Below, piece by piece: positions 30,062 through 40,399 of a stretch of DNA of 64,000 nucleotides (positions within the stretch are counted from its first letter, which is position 1; the number at the start of each line of letters is the position of its first letter). The DNA is taken from the NCBI GenBank assembly GCA_016199525.1, contig JACQGL010000205.1, forward strand, positions 712 to 64,711, read 5' to 3'. This DNA comes from Armatimonadota bacterium (GTDB lineage: Bacteria; Armatimonadota; SYMT01; JACQGL01). The notes beneath the pieces were generated by a model that saw nothing but the letters and a program-made list of their open reading frames with translations, did no database searches and had not been told where the DNA came from. The position numbers were made by a program, and so were the translations under genes.

Positions 30062-31117
30062 ATGACCATGCACCCGCTCGACGCCATCCGACGCTTGCCG
30101 CTCGCCCACCTGCCCACGCCGCTAGAGCCCGCGCCGAGGCTAGGGGCGGCCCTCGGCCTGCCCCAGCTCTGGGTGAAGCGAGATGATTGTACCGGTCTGG
30201 CGATGGGCGGGAACAAGGCGCGCAAGCTCGAATACCTGGTCGCGGACGCGGTGGCGCAGGGCGCAACAGTACTGATCACCACGGGGGGCGTGCAATCCAA
30301 CCACGCGCGGATGACCGCCGCTGCAGCCTGCCGGCTGGGTATGCGGGCGCTCCTGTTCCTCTCGGACGATCCGCCGCCCGAGCCACAGGGAAATCTGGTT
30401 CTGGACCGCCTGTTTGGCGCCGAGGTGCGCTTCCTGCCGGATGCCCGCCTATCCGAGGTGGATACGGCGATGGCTGAGGCCGCCCGGGACCTCGCGGCTC
30501 TTGGTGAGATACCGTATATAATTCCCGTGGGAGGCTCCACCTCGCGGGGCTGCCTGGGATACGCCCGAGCCGTCCGCGAGTTGGCGGAGCAAGTGGATGG
30601 CGCACAGATCCAGCCGGCGGCAATGGTCGCCGCCGTAGGCAGCTGCGGGACGCTGGCAGGCCTGATGCTGGGCGGGCGGTGCTTCCTTCCGCACTGCCAG
30701 GTAGTGGGTATCAGCGTCTCCCCACCGGCAGCGCGCGCCCGGACGCAGGCGGCCCGCATTGCGACGGATGCGGCTTCCCTTCTGGGGGTGGCCGAGTCGT
30801 TTGGCCCTGAGGACTGCCTCCTGTTCGACGACTGGCTGGGGCCCGGCTACGGAATTCCCACTCCCGCGTCGCTGGCAGCCATCGCCGCTGCTGCTCGCAC
30901 CGAAGGGCTGATCCTGGATCCGGTATACACCGGCAAGGCGCTCGCTGGCGTACGCGGTCTGGCGGAGCGCGGTGTCCTCTCCCCGGATGCGTCGGTAGTG
31001 TTCTGGCACACAGGGGGCGCCCCGGCATTGTTCGCGTTCGCTGATCTCATGAGGGAAGAAGCGATGCGAACGACGGAGGACGCGAGGCAGGCTCAAACCA
31101 GGAAATGTAAAACGTGA
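30062..31117 (+). CDS. PLP-dependent ACC deaminase / D-cysteine desulfhydrase family protein
   Basis: GGNKARKLEYL lysine motif with tryptophan-synthase-beta-like fold features. Confidence 0.8.
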   Translation: MTMHPLDAIRRLPLAHLPTPLEPAPRLGAALGLPQLWVKRDDCTGLAMGGNKARKLEYLVADAVAQGATVLITTGGVQSNHARMTAAAACRLGMRALLFLSDDPPPEPQGNLVLDRLFGAEVRFLPDARLSEVDTAMAEAARDLAALGEIPYIIPVGGSTSRGCLGYARAVRELAEQVDGAQIQPAAMVAAVGSCGTLAGLMLGGRCFLPHCQVVGISVSPPAARARTQAARIATDAASLLGVAESFGPEDCLLFDDWLGPGYGIPTPASLAAIAAAARTEGLILDPVYTGKALAGVRGLAERGVLSPDASVVFWHTGGAPALFAFADLMREEAMRTTEDARQAQTRKCKT

Positions 31118-31219
31118 GGGTAACCGGGTGGGGGAAGCAAGGATACCCGTCGTTGTTGATCCTTACGTTTTACGCATTACATCTTGTGCGTTACGTTATG
31201 CACACCCGGAGATAGAGGA

Positions 31220-32122
31220 ATGGACACCGAGAAGTCAACGTGGAGAACCAAAGTCGGCCTGGCCGAGATGTTGAAGGGTGGCGTCATTATGGACGTCACC
31301 AACGCGGAGCAAGCGCTTATTGCCGCCGAGGCAGGCGCCGTGGCCGTCATGGCCCTCGAGCGGGTGCCCGCCGATATCCGTGCCCAGGGCGGCGTGGCGC
31401 GGATGGCTGACCCGCGCAAGATTCGCGAGATTATCAACGCCCTGCGCGAGTCTCGCTTCGAGATCCCGGTGATGGCCAAGGCCCGCATCGGGCACTTCGT
31501 GGAAGCTCAAATCCTGGAGGCGCTGGGCGTGGATTTCGTCGATGAGAGCGAGGTTCTTACGCCAGCCGACGAAGAGCATCATATCAGCAAGCACGCATTC
31601 CGGGTGCCGTTCGTGTGTGGCTGCCGTGATCTGGGTGAGGCGCTGCGCCGCATCGGTGAGGGCGCCGCGATGATCCGCACCAAGGGCGAGGCCGGCACGG
31701 GAAATGTGGTGGAAGCCGTGCGGCATATGCGCGCCGTCACGGGCGGCATCCGGCGGCTCCAATCGATGCGCGAAGACGAGCTGATGGCGGAGGCCAAGCG
31801 CCTCCAGGCCCCGTACCACCTGGTGGTTGAGGTAGCGCGCACCGGCAAGCTGCCGGTCCCAAACTTTAGCGCGGGGGGGATTGCCACGCCGGCGGACGCG
31901 GCGCTGATGATGCAGCTGGGGGCGGAGGCGGTATTCGTGGGATCAGGCATCTTTAAATCTGCCGACCCGCGGCCGCGCGCCCGGGCCATCGTCGATGCCG
32001 TGGCTTACTACGAAGATCCCAAGAAGCTGGCGGAGATCTCCGAGGGGTTGGGCGAACCGATGTCTGGTATCGACATCCGCCAGCTGGAAGAGAAGCAACT
32101 GCTGGCGCCGCGAGGATGGTAA
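31220..32122 (+). CDS. pdxS: Pyridoxal 5'-phosphate synthase lyase subunit PdxS
   Basis: N-terminus [16 protein letters not shown], with a GAGG RBS before the ATG at 31220. Confidence 0.92.
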   Translation: MDTEKSTWRTKVGLAEMLKGGVIMDVTNAEQALIAAEAGAVAVMALERVPADIRAQGGVARMADPRKIREIINALRESRFEIPVMAKARIGHFVEAQILEALGVDFVDESEVLTPADEEHHISKHAFRVPFVCGCRDLGEALRRIGEGAAMIRTKGEAGTGNVVEAVRHMRAVTGGIRRLQSMREDELMAEAKRLQAPYHLVVEVARTGKLPVPNFSAGGIATPADAALMMQLGAEAVFVGSGIFKSADPRPRARAIVDAVAYYEDPKKLAEISEGLGEPMSGIDIRQLEEKQLLAPRGW

Positions 32123-32703
32123 CTCAACCACGCATAGGAGTGCTGGCCCTCCAGGGGGATGTGCCCGAGCACCTGCACGCCCTGGGGGAAGCAGGCGCGC
32201 AGGCGGTGGCCGTTAAGACTCTGGCCGGGCTAGCCGCGGTGGATGGCCTGGTCATTCCGGGCGGGGAGAGCACTACCATCGGGATGCTTCTGGAGCGGTA
32301 CGGCTTAATGGCCCCGCTGCGCGAGCGCATCGCTGCGGGAATGCCGCTCTACGGCACGTGCGCGGGTCTCATTCTGATGGCGCGCGAGGTCGAGGGAAGC
32401 GAGCAACCGCGTCTGGGGTGTATGGACATCACCGTCCGCCGGAACGCCTACGGGCGTCAGGTGGATAGTTTTGAGGTGGATGTTCCTGCGCCCGAACTGG
32501 GGGGTACGAACCCATTGCGGGCCGTGTTCATCCGCGCGCCGCAGATCACCGCGATCGGTCCCGAAGTGCGCATCCTGGCGGAGATGCCCAACGGTCCTAT
32601 CCTGGTGCGCCAGGGGTCCCTGCTGGGCGGCACGTTCCACCCAGAGATGACGGAGGACCGGCGGGTACACGCCTATTTCCGGCGGATGGTTCAGGAACAG
32701 TGA
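32116..32703 (+). CDS. pdxT: Pyridoxal 5'-phosphate synthase glutaminase subunit PdxT
   Basis: N-terminus [10 protein letters not shown], catalytic GTCAG, 195 aa. Overlaps pdxS. Confidence 0.9.
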   Translation: MVTQPRIGVLALQGDVPEHLHALGEAGAQAVAVKTLAGLAAVDGLVIPGGESTTIGMLLERYGLMAPLRERIAAGMPLYGTCAGLILMAREVEGSEQPRLGCMDITVRRNAYGRQVDSFEVDVPAPELGGTNPLRAVFIRAPQITAIGPEVRILAEMPNGPILVRQGSLLGGTFHPEMTEDRRVHAYFRRMVQEQ

Positions 32704-33860
32704 GAGTTCGCTGGTGGTTGCTGAGTGGCGCCGTGGCCACCGGGCTCGTCGCCGTGGCGGTTGCCGCGGGCCGGGATCACGCAGATCGGCCCGCGTGCCC
32801 GCTCGTGTCCCGCTGGACGCGGTCGTTCACGAATGTGATCTCCCTCTCGCTGGCTCCCGATGGCAGCCGCCTAGCCGTCCTCTCCGCTTACGGGACGATC
32901 ACGTGCCTGGATCGGGCCGGCCAGCTCGCGTGGCAGCAGGACGCCCCGGAAGCGACGCGCGTGCTGGCCGGCCCGGGTGGGCGTCTGGTGGTGGCTTATG
33001 CCCCGCGCCGGCCGCTGGCGAGTAGCGTGTGGCTGTTCGACGAGGACGGACGCCGCCTGGCGGAGATCGCGGCGCCGGACGTGGTGCAATCCCTGGCGCT
33101 TGCCGGGGATGGCCGGCAGGTAGCCATTGGCCTGCGCAATGCCGTTCTCGTCTGCCAGCGCTGGGGGGATCATTTCGATACTCTCCGTGTGCCCGTGAGA
33201 GGCGCCGTCGCCCAGGTCCACTTTGGTCCCGAGCGCACCCTCTACGTGCTGACACGCCAGTCCGATAGCCTGAGACGCTGTAAACTGAGCGGGAAGACGC
33301 TTTGGAAGTTAGATTTCGCGTCGGAGAGCGAGCCCGCGATGGCCTGCACCCCGGATGGCCGCCTCCTCGTCATCGCCAGCCGCGTAGAGGGCAACGGGCT
33401 CCTCATCCGCACGCTTCTCCCGTCGGGCAAAGTGGCCTGGGAGACACGCACCCCGGGTCGGGACCCGGTGCTGCGCCTGGCAACAGATGGTAGCGCCCTC
33501 CTGGTAGCCTATGAGCACTGCCTTGCCCACGAGGAGTATACCTACTTCGAGCGGCGGCTGGGCTATTTCAGCCTGGGCGAAGAGCGAATAGCCTGGGTGA
33601 AAGGCGGTCCCTACACCGTCGCTCTCCCCGCGGCACTGGGCGCCGACGGTGCTTGGGTGGTAACGTTGGATGTGAAGCGTGCGCTCCGGCCGCCGCAGTT
33701 CCGGCTCCTTGGTCGCCACGGAGAGCGACGCTGGATCTACGCCAGCGCTGCCCCCGTGTTGATCGCTACGTCGTCCCTGGACGGGCGGTTTGTGGCGGCC
33801 TGCCGCAGCGACGGGGTGATTGAATTGATTGAAGTGATGAGCGCTCCCCACCCCGGGTAA
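32700..33860 (+). CDS. Secreted beta-propeller (WD40/PQQ-like) repeat protein, hypothetical
   Basis: GTG start overlapping the pdxT stop, a signal peptide, and repeated DG..L/V..A strands. Confidence 0.55.
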   Translation: MRVRWWLLSGAVATGLVAVAVAAGRDHADRPACPLVSRWTRSFTNVISLSLAPDGSRLAVLSAYGTITCLDRAGQLAWQQDAPEATRVLAGPGGRLVVAYAPRRPLASSVWLFDEDGRRLAEIAAPDVVQSLALAGDGRQVAIGLRNAVLVCQRWGDHFDTLRVPVRGAVAQVHFGPERTLYVLTRQSDSLRRCKLSGKTLWKLDFASESEPAMACTPDGRLLVIASRVEGNGLLIRTLLPSGKVAWETRTPGRDPVLRLATDGSALLVAYEHCLAHEEYTYFERRLGYFSLGEERIAWVKGGPYTVALPAALGADGAWVVTLDVKRALRPPQFRLLGRHGERRWIYASAAPVLIATSSLDGRFVAACRSDGVIELIEVMSAPHPG

Positions 33861-34040
33861 CAACAAATCTCCCGGAAGCTCAACCTGTAGCAGGCGGGCG
33901 CTCTCGCGGGTATCGGTTCGGCAGCCCCGATCAGCCGGGGAACGTGGTCGCTATCGCGTCCCAGGTCCGCCGAGTGGTTTCGGTGAGGACCTCGAAAAGA
34001 TCCGCCCCGTGATTGTCGGGGCCTGCCAGGAGGTACCAGA

Positions 34041-35192
34041 GTGAACTCGCGCTCCTTCCTATTCACATCCGAATCCGTAACTGAAGGTCATCCGGACAAG
34101 CTGGCGGACCAGATTTCCGATGCCGTGCTGGACGCCATCCTCGCCCAGGACCCCGAAGGCCGCGTGGCCTGCGAATGCCTAGTGACTACCGGCCTGTGCA
34201 TCGTAGCGGGGGAGATTACCACGGAGTGCTACGTGGAAATTCCCGACATCACCCGCCGGACGATTGAGGAAGCGGGTTACACCCGCGCCAAGTACGGCTT
34301 CGATAGCCTCACCTGCGGCGTGCTCACGGCCATCCAGCACCAGTCGCCGGATATCGCCATGGGCGTAGACACCGGTGGCGCGGGCGACCAGGGGATGATG
34401 ATTGGCTACGCCACGAACGAAACCCCCGAGTTGATGCCCATGCCGATCATGTTCGCTCACAAGCTGGCCAGGCAGCTGGCGCTGGTGCGCAAGACAGGCC
34501 AGATCTCCTACCTGCGTCCGGATGGCAAGAGCCAGGTAACGATCCAGTACGTGGATGGGCAGCCGCGGCGAGTGGATAAAGTGCTGGTTTCTGCCCAGCA
34601 CCAGCCTAATATCCCGCAGAAAACGATCTACCAGGACGTGGTAGATCGGGTGATCCTGCCCGTGATCTCGGAAGAGCTGCTGGACGCCCGCACGCAGTTT
34701 CTCGTGAACCCTACGGGGAGCTTCGCCATCGGCGGGCCGCAGGCAGATACCGGCCTCACCGGTCGCAAGATCATTGTGGACACCTACGGGGGCTTCGGGC
34801 GCCACGGCGGCGGCGCCTTCAGCGGGAAAGACCCCACCAAGGTGGATCGCTCCGCTGCCTATATGATGCGCTACGTGGCCAAGAACCTGGTGGCCGCCGG
34901 GCTGGCAGATCGCTGTGAGATCCAGGTGGCCTATGCCATCGGGCAGCGCGACCCGTTCTCGGTGATGATCGAGACCTTCGGGACGGGTAAGGTGCCGGAG
35001 CAGAAGCTGGTCGATCTGGTGGTCAAGTACTTCGACCTCACGCCACGGGGGATCATCAAACGCCTGGATCTCCAGCGCCCTATTTATCGGCAGACCGCCG
35101 TCTACGGCCACTTCGGGCGGACGGATCTGGGCGTGCCGTGGGAGGACACGGATATGGCGGAGACCCTGCGGCAGGAGGCGTATCGGGTATAG
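34041..35192 (+). CDS. metK: S-adenosylmethionine synthase
   Basis: N-terminus [19 protein letters not shown] motif, 383 aa. GTG start with a CCAGGAGGT RBS. Confidence 0.93.
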   Translation: MNSRSFLFTSESVTEGHPDKLADQISDAVLDAILAQDPEGRVACECLVTTGLCIVAGEITTECYVEIPDITRRTIEEAGYTRAKYGFDSLTCGVLTAIQHQSPDIAMGVDTGGAGDQGMMIGYATNETPELMPMPIMFAHKLARQLALVRKTGQISYLRPDGKSQVTIQYVDGQPRRVDKVLVSAQHQPNIPQKTIYQDVVDRVILPVISEELLDARTQFLVNPTGSFAIGGPQADTGLTGRKIIVDTYGGFGRHGGGAFSGKDPTKVDRSAAYMMRYVAKNLVAAGLADRCEIQVAYAIGQRDPFSVMIETFGTGKVPEQKLVDLVVKYFDLTPRGIIKRLDLQRPIYRQTAVYGHFGRTDLGVPWEDTDMAETLRQEAYRV

Positions 35193-35220
35193 GGACCACA
35201 GAAGAGGAAAGGAAAAGACG

Positions 35221-35511
35221 ATGGCCAATGAAAATGATGTCGCCGAGAAAATAGAGAAGATTGCAGAACGGCACGTAGATGCGCTGATGCAGATTGTGTC
35301 GCAGCTACCGCCCGAGCGGCAGCAACAGCTGCAACCCCGAGTGGCAGAGTTGGGTGCAGCCGTGTACAGCATCCAGCGGAAGTACGGGGCCCGACGGATA
35401 ACACTGGTGCAGATACGATTATCGCTTGCCGAACGGAACCTGCTGGAGGCACACGCACGGGCGGCACACCAATCACTCAGCGCGTATATCCGCCAGAAAT
35501 GCAATCTTTAG
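35221..35511 (+). CDS. Small ribbon-helix-helix protein (CopG/MobC-like C-terminal RHH)
   Basis: C-terminal segment RITLVQIRLSLAERNLLEAHARAAHQSLSAYIRQK matches the RHH beta-alpha-alpha pattern. It starts 29 nt after the metK stop. Confidence 0.55.
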   Translation: MANENDVAEKIEKIAERHVDALMQIVSQLPPERQQQLQPRVAELGAAVYSIQRKYGARRITLVQIRLSLAERNLLEAHARAAHQSLSAYIRQKCNL

Positions 35512-35522
35512 AGCTTGCGTGG

Positions 35523-36242
35523 CTAATCGGGGTTCTCCTCCAGCCAGCGCTGGAGGGCCGCGTTTTCCTCGGCCAGGACGTCCGCATTTAGCAGCCCCCG
35601 CTGCAGGCCTTCGAAAACAGCCCGGCTGCGGGGGCTGAACATGCTGCCCGGTTCCTCCTCGCGTTCCACACCCAGCCTGGTGTAGAGGCCGTGTAACCGG
35701 TTCTGGGCGCCGCGCCGGGAGAGATAGCGACGCCGGGCGATCCCCCGGTCCGTCAGGCCCAGGGCAATGTCGATCAACGCCTCGTACTCGGCGTCCGTTA
35801 GCGCGCTGGGAGATTGCAGCGCGCGAGCCTGCACGCCGCGAATCTCCCGGTCCAGCCAGCACTGTTCTTCCAGCAGAACCATTCGCACGGCCTGAACCAG
35901 CTTCTCATCCGGGCTACTCTTCAGCACGTAGCCATATACGGTCTCCGGCGGGACGATCTGCGCCAGCCGGCGCACATAGATCTCGTCTTTGAACTGCGAC
36001 CAGAACACGATGCGCGTTTCGGAACGTTCTGCCCACACGCGGCGCGCTATCTCGATGCCATTGAGGCCCGGGAGCTGGATATCCATGACCAGCAGCTGTG
36101 GCTGTTCCTGCCGCGCGTGAATGAGCGCCTGCGCGCCATCGCCCACCGCCGCCAGGGGCAGCGCCTGCGGGATCCGTTCCCGTAACAACCGCTCCAGGTG
36201 CTCACGTTGCGCCGTGTTGTCTTCAACAATCAGCGTTTTCAT
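35523..36242 (-). CDS. Response regulator, NarL/LuxR family (REC domain plus HTH)
   Basis: N-terminus MKTLIVEDN..VMDIQLPGLNGIE with a C-terminal LuxR-type HTH. It lies directly downstream of a HisKA_3 kinase. Confidence 0.8.
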   Translation of the reverse strand: MKTLIVEDNTAQREHLERLLRERIPQALPLAAVGDGAQALIHARQEQPQLLVMDIQLPGLNGIEIARRVWAERSETRIVFWSQFKDEIYVRRLAQIVPPETVYGYVLKSSPDEKLVQAVRMVLLEEQCWLDREIRGVQARALQSPSALTDAEYEALIDIALGLTDRGIARRRYLSRRGAQNRLHGLYTRLGVEREEEPGSMFSPRSRAVFEGLQRGLLNADVLAEENAALQRWLEENPD

Positions 36243-36252
36243 CAGTCAGGTG

Positions 36253-38448
36253 TCAGTTATCAACGCTGTCCGCGGGTGTCTCGCGTAGCGGCAGGCAAAC
36301 TTCCACCCGCGTGCCGCCCGTTTCCCGGGCGCTCCAGCGGACACGAGCGCCGATCAGGTCGGCGCGGTAGCGAATGTTGGCCATCCCGAAAGCTTTCGGG
36401 ACTCCCGCCGCCTGCTCCAGATCCAGGCCGCAGCCATCGTCCCAGATCACCAGGATCAGCGCGCCATCCGCGTGCTGCACCTCCAGACCGGCGTGCCGGG
36501 CGCCGCTGTGCTGAAACAGGTTGTGGATCGCTTCCTGGCAAATGCGGTACAGGGCCAGGCGCTGGTCCGCCGTGAGTGTGGGTTCTTCGCCCACACGGCG
36601 CACGGTAACCGCCAGGGGCGGTGCGCAGCGCGCCGCGCCCGTGCGGAGGGCGCTCTCCAGCGCATCCCCCAGACCCAGCATATCCAGAACGGAAGGCCGG
36701 AGCGCTTCCATTACCTCGCGGACGCTGTTCATCGCGCCCCGCAACTCTGCCTCCAGATGCTCTAGCTCGGACGCGATATCACCGGGACAATGCTTGAGCC
36801 GTTCCGCCTGGGCGGCGATCTGGCGCAGCTCGGGGAGCACCTGGTCATGGAGGTCTGCCGCCAGTCGCCGTCGTTCCTCTTCCGTGCCGGCGAGCACCCC
36901 GGCGGTTCGTGCCGCCAGCTCGGCCCGTTGCCGCTCCAGGAGAGCGGCGCTGAGACGGGCGTTCTCCAGCGCTACCGCCGCCTGCACTGCCGCCGCGACC
37001 AGCAGCTGGCGCTCTTCGGTGGTGTAGGGCAAGCCGCTCTCCCGGGGACCAATCTGCAGGGTGCCCCACACCTCCTGACCGCGGCTCACAGGGATCGCCA
37101 GCTCTGCCTGCTTCTCTGGCGCGCCGTCCGGAAACACAAAGCGCACCAACGTCGGATGCAGCGCCTGCCGAACGCCTTGCTCCAGGGCGCGCAGCACTCC
37201 CTTGGCATCCGTTTGCCCGCCCAGATTCTGCGCCAGCCGGATCAATGTCTGGCGTGTCATGTCAACATCGCGGAAGAACCGACGATCCAGGTCGCGTAAC
37301 ACTTCCTGACGCTTGCCAAGCAGCAGTGCGACAATGAACATCCAGACCAGGTAGGGAACCATCTCTGCCGGGCGGCCGCGAGCGTGGGTCACGGAGATCT
37401 GCCCCAGGCGCCAGACGAGAAGGAACCCGGGGAGCAGAAAGAGCGTGCCCAGCGTCCAGCGTGCCAGCAGGTACTGGAGCGTCCGGCGGGCGACCACCCG
37501 GACTTCCAGCGCCCGCAGCCGGAACACGAGGTGGGCAACAGCAGCCCCAAACAGAGCCGCCGGCAACAGGCTGACCGGGGCGAACTGGTCGGGAACGGCC
37601 CACATCTGCTGCGAGATCCCTACCAGAACGGCGGCCAGTATTGCACCCGCAGCTACCGTGAGAGCGCGGATGATCGGGCGGCTGGCTTCGTCGGCACGTC
37701 GCCAGCCAGCGAGCACGATCGCCAGGCCGTAGATCGCATAACCAATGCCGATTACGTCAAACAGACCTGCCGCCGCCCTGGTTCTGCCTTCGCGCACCAG
37801 GCCGGCGCCCAGCAGGCCAAACAGGAATAGCGGCAGGTAAACGGCAACGGCCATTCGCCAGGGACATTGTGGTTTCTGCCGGGGGGCGGCGGGGAAGATG
37901 GAAAAGAAGTGGGCGGCGAGCGCCAGCGCCACCAGGCGGGGCGCGCGGGGGAACGCGAACACGGGCGCCGATATCAGCACTAATCCCAGAAGCACGGCGC
38001 GGCCATCCCGGGGTTGCTGCCAGAACAGCGCCAGCGCTACCGCTACCAGGCCTCCCTGGAGGAGCGCCAGAGCCCACCAGGCCAGGTGCACCGGCCACGC
38101 GGGTGCGGCGGGCTGAACTGCTAACCGCAGCACCTTTCCCTGGCGGATGATCTCCGCCCAGCCGGCGCGCGGCACGCCACTGCTCCACTGGACCCACTGC
38201 CCTATCCGGGACGGGGCGCCCGCCACCGTGAGCGTCTCGCCGTTTACCCACCGGTCGCCAGTCAGCACGCCGGCGCGACTTAGCGGGCTGCCCGGCTGCA
38301 CGTAAAGCCGCCGCTCCGGCCCCAGCACCAGCGCGCCAGGCGCTGCGCGCGCGCCGCCCACGAGCGGCCGAGCCATCGCACCGAGGAGAGCGAGGCTACC
38401 TGCAAACAGGAGCAGATAGGTGTACCAGGGCCGGGGCATATCTTTCAT
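36253..38448 (-). CDS. Sensor histidine kinase (HisKA_3 / HATPase_c) with a large multi-TM N-terminal sensor domain. The start is probably MKDMPRPW; the ORF is open to 38685.
   Basis: H-box ADLHDQVLPELRQ, an ATPase domain, and ~10 predicted TM helices. It contains an in-frame palindrome copy (GVPKAFGMANIR). Confidence 0.8.
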   Translation of the reverse strand: MKDMPRPWYTYLLLFAGSLALLGAMARPLVGGARAAPGALVLGPERRLYVQPGSPLSRAGVLTGDRWVNGETLTVAGAPSRIGQWVQWSSGVPRAGWAEIIRQGKVLRLAVQPAAPAWPVHLAWWALALLQGGLVAVALALFWQQPRDGRAVLLGLVLISAPVFAFPRAPRLVALALAAHFFSIFPAAPRQKPQCPWRMAVAVYLPLFLFGLLGAGLVREGRTRAAAGLFDVIGIGYAIYGLAIVLAGWRRADEASRPIIRALTVAAGAILAAVLVGISQQMWAVPDQFAPVSLLPAALFGAAVAHLVFRLRALEVRVVARRTLQYLLARWTLGTLFLLPGFLLVWRLGQISVTHARGRPAEMVPYLVWMFIVALLLGKRQEVLRDLDRRFFRDVDMTRQTLIRLAQNLGGQTDAKGVLRALEQGVRQALHPTLVRFVFPDGAPEKQAELAIPVSRGQEVWGTLQIGPRESGLPYTTEERQLLVAAAVQAAVALENARLSAALLERQRAELAARTAGVLAGTEEERRRLAADLHDQVLPELRQIAAQAERLKHCPGDIASELEHLEAELRGAMNSVREVMEALRPSVLDMLGLGDALESALRTGAARCAPPLAVTVRRVGEEPTLTADQRLALYRICQEAIHNLFQHSGARHAGLEVQHADGALILVIWDDGCGLDLEQAAGVPKAFGMANIRYRADLIGARVRWSARETGGTRVEVCLPLRETPADSVDN
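36383..36400. repeat. Palindromic repeat copy TCCCGAAAGCTTTCGGGA (inside the kinase CDS)
   Basis: Perfect 18-bp palindrome, identical to the copy at 8192. Confidence 0.9.
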
Positions 38449-38743
38449 ATAACCGTTCTGTTGCGCCGATGCAATCGGATATCTCCGCCGTTCCCACGGT
38501 GCAAAAGCACAGCCGCCCTGACGCTCTTGCCGCATCAATCGTGCGCTGTTCCCGCTGGGGCGCGGCGGCAGAACCAGGTATGCTGAAGCTGGAGGTGGGG
38601 GAAGAGGAACTACGGGGCGCGTGCCGCCCCCAGCGCTCCCCGCGGCCCCGCCGGAACCCTCTTCCCGTCCTGAGCCGGGGAGCATAGCGGAGAGATAACG
38701 GGAGATACAGTAGCACAGTAGAGACGTCGCAGGGAGGACAAGA

Positions 38744-39403
38744 ATGCAAACGTGGAAGAAGATCGGCGTTTTTGGCGGGCTGGCAGCGGCCCTTGTGGTG
38801 GCCGGCGCAGGCGTTTCGCGCGCTGCAGGGCCAGAGGGGCCCTGGGGCCGGCGTATACGGCTGATTCAGGCGCTGCGGGCGCTGGGGGTGACCCCCGACC
38901 AGGGGCGCGCGCTGAAAGCCGCGGCGGTGCACCTGGCGGTCGAGCGCCGGGCGCTGAACCTGGAAGATCTGTCGGCGCCCGAGCGCAAGGAGCGCCTGTT
39001 CCAGCTGCGCCGCGATTTCTTCGCCCGCGTGGATGCCACCCTTACCGCCGACCAGAAGGCGAAGTTGAAGGCCTGGTTCGAGCAGGGACGCGCGGCGCGC
39101 GCGGAGCAGCTCCGACAGAGAGCTGCCGCATTCGCCACGCAGCTGCAACTTACGGCGGAGCAGCGCGAACGAGCGAAAGACATTATCCAGCAGGCGAAGG
39201 CCAGGATAGACCAGGTGGCAGGCGATGCAGCGGTGGATACGCCTACGCGGCTGGCTACGGCGATCGGGGTGCTGGAAGAGATACCCGGTCAGATCTACCG
39301 CACCCTCACACCTGAGCAGAAAGAGAAGGCAAAGGGCCTGCTGGAGGCGGCTATCCGGTCCCGTCTACCCGTAGAGAACCTCCTCAACCAGGACGCGCCC
39401 TAG
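38744..39403 (+). CDS. Periplasmic LTXXQ-repeat protein (CpxP/Spy/ZraP family-like)
   Basis: Signal peptide, and three LTxxQ motifs (LTADQKAKLKAW, LTAEQRERAKDI, LTPEQKEKAKGL). It is divergent from the kinase-regulator pair. Confidence 0.7.
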   Translation: MQTWKKIGVFGGLAAALVVAGAGVSRAAGPEGPWGRRIRLIQALRALGVTPDQGRALKAAAVHLAVERRALNLEDLSAPERKERLFQLRRDFFARVDATLTADQKAKLKAWFEQGRAARAEQLRQRAAAFATQLQLTAEQRERAKDIIQQAKARIDQVAGDAAVDTPTRLATAIGVLEEIPGQIYRTLTPEQKEKAKGLLEAAIRSRLPVENLLNQDAP

Positions 39404-39416
39404 CTCCATAAACAAC

Positions 39417-39445
39417 GCAGCAATGCGTCTGTTGCTTGCTCTTTT
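39417..39445 (+). terminator. Putative rho-independent terminator after the LTXXQ gene
   Basis: Imperfect hairpin GCAGCAA..TTGCTTGC followed by TCTTTT. Confidence 0.4.
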
Positions 39446-39522
39446 GCCCCTATCTGGACGGCCGGGTTCAGGAGTAGGAGGTAAGAAGCAAGACAGCAGA
39501 AACGCGGCTGTAACGCCGAGCC

Positions 39523-39557
39523 AGAACCAGTTCCGGAGCTGCTCCGGAACTGGTTCT
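39523..39557. repeat. 35-bp perfect inverted repeat AGAACCAGTTCCGGAGC-T-GCTCCGGAACTGGTTCT
   Basis: 17-bp arms around one central nucleotide. Operator-like or cruciform-capable. Confidence 0.9.
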
Positions 39558-40042
39558 ACGTTTCACCTGAGGGCAACCTCACCCCCCGGGCCAGCTCGGG
39601 AGGCATGGCGGGCAGAAGGTCCGAAAGTTGGATCAAACTCCAGGAATCCGATCCCGTAAGTGCGCTGCTCCGGCGCCCGACAGCACCCCTGGCGCTCACT
39701 GCCAGGCCCTATCGACGGTACCTTGTAGGCATACTGCTCCTCCGGGCGACAACCCTACCCAGGCCGATGTTCTCCGCACGATAGAGGATGCGCCGACCCT
39801 GGCGCGGTTCGCCGGGCAGGCCCGTGACGTCGCGTATGGGAAGAGCTAGTGGACCATGAAACCAGTAGAGAGGCAATAAACCGTTTCCGTTCGACTACCA
39901 CACGCCCGCGCAGGTTATGTAAATCTTCTCATCGCTGCGGTTTACGATGGTAAACCCTGTAGGAACCACACTGTTGCCCAGTGCGAATAGAGACCCGCAA
40001 CCAACGCTCTGATGACCAGATAAGCACTGAGTCTGACTGACC

Positions 40043-40072
40043 AGAGCAGCAACGAAACCTTGCTGCTCTTTT
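40043..40072 (+). terminator. Rho-independent terminator (AGAGCAGCAA-cgaaacc-TTGCTGCTCT followed by TTTT)
   Basis: Perfect 10-bp stem, 7-nt loop, and a U-tract on the plus strand only. Confidence 0.7.
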
Positions 40073-40399
40073 CGTGAATACCTTCTATATATCAATAGGG
40101 GAATAACTGTGTCGCCGTACGATTCCCCGTGCTAGGCACGCACTGGCTTACAGCGCCAGGGAGATAAGATCAGCGCTCTTGCAGAGAGAGCTGTGGTAAA
40201 GCGGGATGTCGCTCCTCCCGCTATGCCCGTCCCGCAGTCCCGTTGCACCCGCGTCTGAAAGCAGCTTTAATGGGCTGGATTGAGCCACGAGCAGGAAAAG
40301 CGAAGATTTAGCACAGGCTTCAAGCAGGCTGTACGCTCCCTTTACCGGCCCTTTACCGGCGCGCGGTATGTTGTTGTTGGGGGAAAGGGGGCGAGGGAG

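Noticed and set aside
33861-34040. Possible SAM riboswitch upstream of metK
   Set aside because: No match to SAM-I, SAM-II or SAM-IV core consensus by eye. Only a GCCCCG..CGGGGC hairpin next to the RBS. A covariance-model scan is needed before any call.
36253-38685. Kinase N-terminal 79-aa extension (MLPGSGREEGSG...)
   Set aside because: Gly/Pro-rich and non-hydrophobic. ATG at 38448 (MKDMPRPW) immediately precedes the first TM helix.
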